This document shows, one piece after another, positions 56,999 through 64,000 of a stretch of 64,000 bases of DNA. The notes beneath the pieces were generated by a model. It ran no database searches and was not told the DNA's origin. It saw only the letters and a list, made by a program, of their open reading frames with translations. The translations under genes and the position numbers were made by a program. Numbering within the stretch: position 1 is the stretch's first letter; each line of letters begins with the position of its first letter. This DNA is from Candidatus Latescibacterota bacterium (GTDB lineage: Bacteria; Latescibacterota; UBA2968; UBA8231), in the NCBI GenBank assembly GCA_965208105.1, contig OZ242318.1, forward strand, positions 3,616,001 through 3,680,000. Reading direction: 5' to 3'.

Positions 56999-58311
56999 TG
57001 CTCGAGGTCGTCTCCTACCCGGCCGAGCCCCCGGCGCCCAGGCTGCAGGCCATCCTCTCGCGCGACGGCAGCTTCCCTCCCCAGGTGGAGGAGACGGTTA
57101 CCCGCGTGCTCGAGGAGGTTAGGCAACGCGGCGACGAAGCGGTGGCCGCGTTCACCCGCGAGTTCGACCGGGTGGAGCTTGCCCCCGGCCGGTTCCGCGT
57201 TCCCGAGGCCGCCCTCGAGGATGCCGCCGCGGCAATGGAGGCGGACCTGCGCCGCGCCCTGGAGGAGGCTGCCGCCAACATCCGTTCCTTCCACCGGCGC
57301 CAGCGCCGCAACTCCTGGTTCGTGGAGGACGGGGACGGGGTCATCCTGGGACAGAAGGTGACCCCCATCGAGCGCGTGGGCATCTGCGTGCCGGGTGGAA
57401 AGGCGCCGCTGCTCTCCACCTTGCTGATGACCGCGGTCCCGGCCCGGGTGGCCGGGGTGGAGGAGATCTGCGTGGCCTCGCCCCCCGGCCCCGGCGGCCG
57501 CCCCCATGCGGACATCCTGGCCGCGGCCCACCTGCTCGGCCTGCGCGAGGTCTACGCCGTGGGCGGCGCCCAGGGGGTGGCGGCCATGGCCTTCGGCACC
57601 GAAACCATAAGGCGGGTGGACAAGATCGTCGGGCCCGGCGGCCCCTACACCGTGGCCGCCAAGCGCCAGGTCTACGGCGCCGTGGGCATCGAGATGGTTC
57701 CCGGGCCCTCCGAGGTGGTGGTGGTGGCCGACGGGGCGGCCGACCCGCGCTACGTCGCCGCCGACCTGCTGGCACAGGCCGAGCACGGCAGCGGCCTCGA
57801 GGCGGCCCTCTGCATCACCCCCTGCGCCGTGCTGGCGGACCAGGTCCGAACTGAGGCCGAGGCGCAGCTCGCCGCCTTGCCGCGCCCGGATGCGGCGCGC
57901 GCGGCCCTGGAGGCCTACGGGGCGGTGGTGGTGGTCCCCGGCCTGGAGCAGGCCATCGAGCTGGTGAACCGCATCGCGCCGGAGCACGTTGAGCTTCTGG
58001 TGCAGGAGCCCTGGGCCTGTCTCGACCGGGTGAAGAACGCCGGCGCCGTCTTCCTGGGCCCGGCCTCGGCCGCGCCGGTGGGGGACTACTTTGCCGGCAC
58101 CAACCACGTGCTGCCCACCAACGGGGCGGCGCGCTTCGCCTCCGGCCTGGGGCTGGGGGATTTCGTCAAGAGCACCAGCATCGTGGCCTACACCCGGTCC
58201 CGCCTGGAGCGGGTGGGCGAGCGCATCGTCAGCCTGGCGCGGGCGGAGGGGCTGGAGGCCCACGCCGGGGCGGTGCGGATGCGGCTCGAGGACGGGGAAA
58301 CGGAATCATGA
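56998..58311 (+). CDS. hisD: Histidinol dehydrogenase
   Basis: VPGG, GGAQG, DKIVGPG, GPSEV, QAEH, APEH, GDYFAGTNHVLPT. Confidence 0.95.
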   Translation: MLEVVSYPAEPPAPRLQAILSRDGSFPPQVEETVTRVLEEVRQRGDEAVAAFTREFDRVELAPGRFRVPEAALEDAAAAMEADLRRALEEAAANIRSFHRRQRRNSWFVEDGDGVILGQKVTPIERVGICVPGGKAPLLSTLLMTAVPARVAGVEEICVASPPGPGGRPHADILAAAHLLGLREVYAVGGAQGVAAMAFGTETIRRVDKIVGPGGPYTVAAKRQVYGAVGIEMVPGPSEVVVVADGAADPRYVAADLLAQAEHGSGLEAALCITPCAVLADQVRTEAEAQLAALPRPDAARAALEAYGAVVVVPGLEQAIELVNRIAPEHVELLVQEPWACLDRVKNAGAVFLGPASAAPVGDYFAGTNHVLPTNGAARFASGLGLGDFVKSTSIVAYTRSRLERVGERIVSLARAEGLEAHAGAVRMRLEDGETES

Positions 58312-58901
58312 GCGACAGACGCGAGGCGCGGATTCAGCGCAAGACCGCGGAGACCGAAATCGACCTGGCCCTGTGCATCGACGGCGCCGGGGAGTCCAGG
58401 GTCTCGACCGGGGTGGGGTTCTTCGACCACATGCTCAGGGCCTTCGCCCGCCACGGACTCTTCGACCTGGAGGTCGCCTGCCAGGGGGACCTGGAGGTGG
58501 ACCCGCACCACACGGTGGAGGACGTGGGCATCTGCCTGGGCCAGGCGCTGCACCGCTCTTTGGGGGACAAGGCCGGGCTGCGCCGCTTCGGACACAGCTA
58601 CGTGCCCATGGACGAGGCCCTGGCGCGGGCGGCGGTGGACCTCTCGGGGCGTTCCTGCATGGTGCTGGAGGCCTCCTTCCAGGAGGAGCGGGTGGGGGAT
58701 TTCCCAACGGTCCTGACCCGCGAGTTCATGCGCGCGGTGGCCGACCATGGCCGCCTCAACCTGCACCTCGATTTGATCCGGGGCAGCGACGCCCACCACG
58801 GCATCGAGGCCCTTTTCAAGGCCTTCGGGCGCGCCCTGGACCAGGCCTCGCAGCGCGACGGCCGGGTCGCAGGCATCCCCTCCACCAAGGGCAGCCTCTG
58901 A
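58308..58901 (+). CDS. hisB: Imidazoleglycerol-phosphate dehydratase
   Basis: FFDHML, DPHHTVED, PMDE, HHGIEALFKA, PSTKGSL. Confidence 0.95.
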   Translation: MSDRREARIQRKTAETEIDLALCIDGAGESRVSTGVGFFDHMLRAFARHGLFDLEVACQGDLEVDPHHTVEDVGICLGQALHRSLGDKAGLRRFGHSYVPMDEALARAAVDLSGRSCMVLEASFQEERVGDFPTVLTREFMRAVADHGRLNLHLDLIRGSDAHHGIEALFKAFGRALDQASQRDGRVAGIPSTKGSL

Positions 58902-58934
58902 GCCCCGGGCGGCCTCCCTGACCTGCGGCCGATC

Positions 58935-60059
58935 ATGAAGATTTGCCACCTGATCTACGACGACATGGGCAATCCCTGGCTGGGAGGAGGCGGCGCCTTG
59001 CGCGCGCGTCAGATCTACCGGCGCCTGGCGGCGCGGCACCAGATCACCCTGATCACCGGCAGGTACCCCGGCGCCCGGGCCGAGGAGGAGGAGGACGGAA
59101 TCCGCTTTCTGCGCGTGGGCTGCAGCAGGGGCTACGCCCGCAGCCGCCTGGGCTACTGCGCCGCCGCGGTTGCCTGCCTGAAGCGTCAGGAGTGGGACGT
59201 CTGGGTCCACGAGTTTTCGGCCTTCGCTCCCCTCTGGGCACCGCGCCGTCTGCGCCGGCGGGGGATCCTCTTTTTCTACCACTTCGTAGGCCGTCACGCC
59301 CTGGTCAAGCATCCGCTCGCAGGACCTGTCTCCTGGGCCGCCGAGCAGCTTACGGTGAGAGCCTACGGCCGCGTCGTCACCGTGTCGCCCAGCGTCCAGA
59401 GCCGGGTGAGTGAAGTGGCCGGAAGCAGGGCGCGGAGGGTCGACTGCATCTACAACGGGGTGGACGAGGGCCTCTTCGAGCTGCCGGCGGCCGAGGACGA
59501 CTACCTGCTCTACTTCGGCCGCACCGACGTGCACACCAAGGGCCTGGACTTGTTGCTGGGGGCCTTCGACCGCATTGCGCCGGACTACCCCCGGCTGGAG
59601 CTGAAGCTGGCCGGACGCGGAGGGGCGCGCCAGGAAGATCATCTGCGCCGTCTGGTGCGGGCCAGCGCCGCCGCTTCCCGGATCGAGGTGCTGGGCGAGG
59701 TGGACGAGGAGCGCAAGGGGGAGCTTCTGCGCCGGGCCCTCTTCCTCTGCACCCCGTCGCGCTACGAGGGCTGGTGCATCGCCGCGGTGGAAGCTTCCGC
59801 CGCCGGCAAGGCGGTCCTGGGCACCCGCATCGACGGACTGCGCGACGCGGTGAACGACGGCGAAACCGGCATCCTGGTGCAGCCCGAAAGCGTGGAGCGC
59901 CTCGAGCGGGGGATGCGCCGGCTGCTGGACGACGAGCCCCTGCGCCGGCGCCTGGGCGAGCAGGGGAGGATCAGGGCGCGGCGCTTCGACTGGGACCGGG
60001 TGGCCCAGGACCAGGAGGCGGTCTACCTGCGCGCGGCGGCGGAGAACGAGGGGTTGTAG
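58935..60059 (+). CDS. Glycosyltransferase family 4
   Basis: NPWLGGGG, YNGVD, KGLD, PSRYEGW..AVEASAAG. Confidence 0.88.
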   Translation: MKICHLIYDDMGNPWLGGGGALRARQIYRRLAARHQITLITGRYPGARAEEEEDGIRFLRVGCSRGYARSRLGYCAAAVACLKRQEWDVWVHEFSAFAPLWAPRRLRRRGILFFYHFVGRHALVKHPLAGPVSWAAEQLTVRAYGRVVTVSPSVQSRVSEVAGSRARRVDCIYNGVDEGLFELPAAEDDYLLYFGRTDVHTKGLDLLLGAFDRIAPDYPRLELKLAGRGGARQEDHLRRLVRASAAASRIEVLGEVDEERKGELLRRALFLCTPSRYEGWCIAAVEASAAGKAVLGTRIDGLRDAVNDGETGILVQPESVERLERGMRRLLDDEPLRRRLGEQGRIRARRFDWDRVAQDQEAVYLRAAAENEGL

Positions 60060-60077
60060 GACCTGAGGAAGCAGCCC

Positions 60078-62591
60078 ATGGCAAAGAAGCGAAAGACGAA
60101 CGCGGCGGCCGCCGCTGCGGCCGCCGCAGAGAAGACCGCCGATTCCAGCTCATTGCTCCGGTTCCGGGCCTGGATGCCGGCGGCCTTGTTCCTCCTGCTC
60201 AGCCTGGCCTACTTCTCCGAGGTGGCTCTCTCCGGCCGCATCGTCTTCGGGCACGACGTGGGCACCGATTTCCACCGGGGCACAGAGCCCCTGGCCGAAA
60301 AGATCGCGACCTTCCCGCAGCCGGCCTGGAGCGACCGCATGGGCGGCTTTCCCCAGTCCGAGGAGATCCGCCCCCAGTACTTTCCCACCCGGCTGATCTA
60401 CCTGTTCACCACCTACCAGCGCCATCTGGCCTGGCGCTACGTCCTGACCATGTTCGTCGCCGGACTGGCCATGTACGCCTACCTGCGCGCCCTGGGGGTG
60501 GGCCGCGGAGCGGCCGTTTGGGCCGGGGTGGCCTACATGTCGGCCCCCACCTTTTTGAGCTTTCCCTACGCCGGCCACTACGCCAAGATGGGGGTCATCG
60601 CCCTGTTTCCCCTGATGTGCCTGCTGCTGGAGAAGGGCATGCGGGAGGGCCGCCCCATCCACTTCGCCGGGCTGGGCATCCTCATCGCCCTGGGGATCTA
60701 CTCCCCCCACCTGCAGATGCTCTACTTCGCCCTCTGGGGCCTGGGCTTCTACTTCCTCTACAAGCTCGCCGGGCTCTACCGCGAGGCGCCGGATTGGCGC
60801 CGGCCGGCCGGCCGCACCGGGCTCTTCGCCCTGGCCGTGGCCCTGGGGCTGGGGCTGGGGGCCGAGGGGTTGCTGCCCTCCTACATCTATACCCAGACCG
60901 AGTCCAAGCGCGCCGCCGGAACCTCGGCGGGCTCGGGCAAAAGCGCCGAAGAGCAACTGCAGTTTGCGCGCTCCTGGTCGCTGCACCCCGAGGAGGTGGC
61001 CTCCCTGGTGGTGCCCGAGTTCGGGGGCTACGACTCGCCCCGCGAGGGCAGGCGCTACTGGGGCCGCAACGCCATGAAGATCAACTCCGAGTACTTCGGC
61101 ATCGGGGTCCTCCTTTTGGCCCTGCTGCTGGTGCCGGAGGCGAGGCGGCGGCCCCCGGCCCTGTTCATGGGGTTCCTCTTCGTCTTCGCCCTGGCCTACG
61201 CCCTGGGCCCCTACACCCCGGTCCACTGGGTATTCTACCACCTTTTGCCCGGGGTCAAGGTGCTGCGCGCCCCCGCCATGATCGCCTTCCTCTTCGCCTT
61301 TGCCGTCTGCGTGCTGGCGGCCATGGGGCTGGACAGGGTGCTGCGCGGGGATGGGGAGAGCGCGGTTTCGGTCCACCGCGTGCTCGTGGCCGGTGGCGTA
61401 CTGACCGCGGCGGCGCTGCTTGTGGCCCTGGCGCCCCGGGCCCTCACCGACGCCTGGACCGCCCTCTTCTACGGGGACATCGCCGCTGGCGACAAAGAGA
61501 TCCTCGTCCAGGGCTACTCCTGGCTGGCGCGGGGCGCTCTCTGCGTGGCCCTGGTGGCCGCGGCTTGCACCCTCCTGCTCTGCCTCAAGCTGAGGGGGAA
61601 GCTCGGCGCCGGTCTGGTGGTCGCCGGACTGGCCGCCCTCACCCTCTTCGACACCTGGCGCATCGACCGCCTCTTCCTCAAGTACGAGAACCCGGCGCAG
61701 CACCGGGACATCCGCGCCGAGAACCGCCGCACCAGGGAGTTTCTTGCAAGCGAGGGCGGCCAATTCCGGGTGCTGCCCCTGCCCGACTACAACATCCTCA
61801 AACGGCCCGGCTTCCACCTCCACGGGGTGGAGCTGGCCACCGGGTTCCACGACTTCACCCCAAGGCGCTACGACCGCCTGCTGCGCGAGCTGGCCCCGGT
61901 CGAGCACCTGTTGAGAGCGAGGTACTACGAGGGGCGCTCCATCCCCGCCTCGGACGCCGAGCTTCTGGAGCGGGTCCATCCCCTGCTCAACCTCCTCAAC
62001 GTCCGCTACATCGCCGCCCCCGGAGGGATCGCCCTGGAGTCGGAGCGCTTTCCCCAAATCTTCGCCGCCGAGAACTTCCGCCTCTACAAAAACCCCGGCG
62101 TCCTGCCCTGGTTCTACCTGGCCCCAAAGTACCGGGTGGAGGAGGACGAAGAGCGGATAGTCGCCCTCCTTCTGGATCGCGGCTTCGATCCTACCCGTAC
62201 CGCCGTCCTCGAGCGGCCGCCGCCGTCTCCCTGCCCCGGCGCCGCCGGAGGAGACCCGGCAGGCGACCGGATCGAGCGCCTGGACTACGACCCGGCGGGG
62301 GGGTACATCCGCCTTGAGACCGCGAGCGCGGGGCCCCGCATCCTGGTGGTGTCACAGAATTTCCACTCAAACTGGAGTCTCCTGGTGGACGGCCAGCCTG
62401 CCGAGCTCTTCCGCGCCAACTACGCCTGGACCGGCGCCTGCCTGCCGGCGGGAGAGCACAGCGTGGAGCTGCGCTATGCCTCTTGGACGGTGCGCCTCTC
62501 GCGCTGGATCATGGCGGCCGGCCTGGCGGTTCTTTTGGCGGTGGGGTGGTGGGAGTTGCGCAGGCGGAGGCGTCCGACAGGAGCGAATTAG
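60078..62591 (+). CDS. YfhO-family multipass membrane protein (GT-C-like)
   Basis: WSDRMGGFP, many TM helices, LNLLNVRY, C-terminal WSLLVDG..RANY..LPAGEHSVELRY. Confidence 0.82.
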   Translation: MAKKRKTNAAAAAAAAAEKTADSSSLLRFRAWMPAALFLLLSLAYFSEVALSGRIVFGHDVGTDFHRGTEPLAEKIATFPQPAWSDRMGGFPQSEEIRPQYFPTRLIYLFTTYQRHLAWRYVLTMFVAGLAMYAYLRALGVGRGAAVWAGVAYMSAPTFLSFPYAGHYAKMGVIALFPLMCLLLEKGMREGRPIHFAGLGILIALGIYSPHLQMLYFALWGLGFYFLYKLAGLYREAPDWRRPAGRTGLFALAVALGLGLGAEGLLPSYIYTQTESKRAAGTSAGSGKSAEEQLQFARSWSLHPEEVASLVVPEFGGYDSPREGRRYWGRNAMKINSEYFGIGVLLLALLLVPEARRRPPALFMGFLFVFALAYALGPYTPVHWVFYHLLPGVKVLRAPAMIAFLFAFAVCVLAAMGLDRVLRGDGESAVSVHRVLVAGGVLTAAALLVALAPRALTDAWTALFYGDIAAGDKEILVQGYSWLARGALCVALVAAACTLLLCLKLRGKLGAGLVVAGLAALTLFDTWRIDRLFLKYENPAQHRDIRAENRRTREFLASEGGQFRVLPLPDYNILKRPGFHLHGVELATGFHDFTPRRYDRLLRELAPVEHLLRARYYEGRSIPASDAELLERVHPLLNLLNVRYIAAPGGIALESERFPQIFAAENFRLYKNPGVLPWFYLAPKYRVEEDEERIVALLLDRGFDPTRTAVLERPPPSPCPGAAGGDPAGDRIERLDYDPAGGYIRLETASAGPRILVVSQNFHSNWSLLVDGQPAELFRANYAWTGACLPAGEHSVELRYASWTVRLSRWIMAAGLAVLLAVGWWELRRRRRPTGAN

Positions 62592-62648
62592 GCCGGACCG
62601 GGAGCCCTCATTCCCCTGTTTTGATAGGAATCAGAAGATTGAGGGGAA

Positions 62649-63476
62649 TCACATCCTGGCCATCAGCCTGAAGGCCAGCCGGGTGAGGCAGAACCTCGGC
62701 CCCCGGTAGTGCTTGCGGGCGAAGTAGAGCAGGCTCTCGCGCTGCATCTCCTTGCGGCTGCGCGGCACCGGAGCCTTGTTGCGGTAGTGGACTATGGGGG
62801 CGCGGGGGAAAAACCAGCACTCGGCTCCCGCCAGCAGCGCCCGGTAGGCCAAATCCACGTCCTCGCAGTAGAGGTAGATGTTCTCGTCGAACCCCCCCAG
62901 CTCCTCGAACAGCTCGCGGCGGATCCACAGGTAGGCCCCCGTGACCCAGTCCACCCGGCGGCCCTCGTCGTACCCGGTCCAGTGGCGCTCGGAGAAGCCC
63001 CCGAGAAGGCCGCGGGCGGGCGGCAGACGGCCGAGCAGGCGGTCCAGCACCATGCTGCTCAAGGTGGGGAAGGAGCCGGTGGAGCGCTCCAGCTCGCCGT
63101 CCCCGTCGTAGACCAGGCCCCCGGCCACACCGCAATGGGGATGCTCTTCCAATAGCTCGATGAACTCTCTGAGGGACCCCTCGCGGACAACCGTATCCTG
63201 GTTGAGCAGCAGAAGCAGGGGGGCGGTGGCGAGGCGCGCTCCGGCGTTGTTGGCCTGGCCGAAGCCGACGGTCTCCTCCAGCCTGACCAGGTCGCAGAAG
63301 GGGAAGTCGCTGCGCACCATGTCTTCGGAGCCGTCGCTGGAGGCATTGTCCACCACCACCACCTGGATGCGGTCGAAGACGTCCTGCTTCTCCAGGGATT
63401 CGAGACAGGCTTGCAGCCAGTCCCTGGTGTTGGTGTTGACTATGACGACCGAGAGGATGGGAACGGATTCGGGCAC
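62649..63476 (-). CDS. Glycosyltransferase family 2 (WbbL/rhamnosyltransferase-like)
   Basis: LSVVIVN, VVDNASSDGS, GFGQANN, LLNQD, GGFDE..Y.EDVD; GTG start placed downstream of the promoter. Confidence 0.88.
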   Translation of the reverse strand: MPESVPILSVVIVNTNTRDWLQACLESLEKQDVFDRIQVVVVDNASSDGSEDMVRSDFPFCDLVRLEETVGFGQANNAGARLATAPLLLLLNQDTVVREGSLREFIELLEEHPHCGVAGGLVYDGDGELERSTGSFPTLSSMVLDRLLGRLPPARGLLGGFSERHWTGYDEGRRVDWVTGAYLWIRRELFEELGGFDENIYLYCEDVDLAYRALLAGAECWFFPRAPIVHYRNKAPVPRSRKEMQRESLLYFARKHYRGPRFCLTRLAFRLMARM

Positions 63477-63534
63477 AGTGATGATGGCGCTCGGAAAGTA
63501 GCGGAGCGATGGGGAAAGGTCGAGTTCGCCGGTG

Positions 63535-63563
63535 ATGATATCCCCCGGGCGATTCGATGTCAA
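63535..63563 (-). promoter_or_regulatory. sigma70-type promoter of the GT2 gene
   Basis: TTGACA, 17 bp, TATCAT on the minus strand. Confidence 0.7.
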
Positions 63564-63658
63564 GCCAGGGGGCCGATACTTGGAGGCCGTCTTTTCCTAT
63601 ATTGAATGAACGGAAACAATTCCAGGGGACGGAAACAGACCAACTTGAAGGAAGCCTG

Positions 63659-64000
63659 ATGGCGGAAGTACTGGTTACCGGCGGCGCCGGGTTCATCGGG
63701 TCCCACGTGGTGGACCACCTCGTCGGAGCGGGACGGCAGGTGGTGGTCCTCGACGATTTAAGCGGCGGGTTCGCCGAGAACGTCCATCCCTCGGCCGAGT
63801 GCGTCGAGGGCAGTATCGTGGACCAGGAGATGGTGGACGGTTTGTTCGCCCGGCATCGCTTCGAGTACGTCTTCCACCTGGCCGCCTACGCCGCCGAAGG
63901 CCTCAGCCATTTCATCAAGCGCTTCAACTACAACAACAACCTCATCGGCAGCGTGAACCTGATCAACGCCTCGGTGAACGCCGGCAGCGTGCGCTGCTTC
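63659..64000 (+). CDS. NAD-dependent epimerase/dehydratase (5' part, runs off the window)
   Basis: MAEVLVTGGAGFIGSH, DDLSGG, FHLAAYAAEG. Confidence 0.88.
   Translation, partial: MAEVLVTGGAGFIGSHVVDHLVGAGRQVVVLDDLSGGFAENVHPSAECVEGSIVDQEMVDGLFARHRFEYVFHLAAYAAEGLSHFIKRFNYNNNLIGSVNLINASVNAGSVRCF

Noticed and set aside
60101-60128. Poly-Ala (gcc/gcg) run at the YfhO N-terminus
   Set aside because: In-frame low-complexity linker with mixed codons; not a phase-variable tract.

Overview
A 64-kb window of high-GC bacterial chromosome with about 52 CDS and no rRNA, tRNA, CRISPR array or intact transposase that I can see. From left to right: (1) a Liv-type ABC importer; (2) sugar and small-molecule catabolic genes (NUDIX, SDR, galM, HAD, PhyH-type dioxygenase, GH88-like hydrolase, O-methyltransferase, RbsD/FucU, enolase-superfamily dehydratase, an oversized transketolase-like enzyme); (3) cnoX/ybbN, a PLP enzyme and a GT4; (4) a ~13-kb minus-strand metal locus (20317-33250); (5) several GT-C-like multipass membrane proteins; (6) selD, guaB, a heterodimeric ABC exporter, rdgB and TPR proteins; (7) HEAT-lipoprotein-hisG-hisD-hisB, followed by glycosylation genes. 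The strongest candidate for an undescribed system is in the metal locus. Downstream of czcCBA, a His-rich ArsP/DUF318 (SO_0444-type) metal permease is fused to an HflK-like SPFH domain and followed by hflC-like and hflK-like genes, an orphan substrate-binding protein, a small membrane protein and a ZIP transporter. This suggests (inference) an SPFH cage built around a metal permease rather than FtsH. The ORF track misses two UGA-selenocysteine readings: a SelW/Rdx-family CxxU selenoprotein (54716-54946) and the Sec-containing N-terminus of SelD. It also misses a 30-aa coupled membrane peptide. Two ~160-bp MITE-like elements fill intergenic gaps. All family assignments come from motif recognition by eye; no database search was run.
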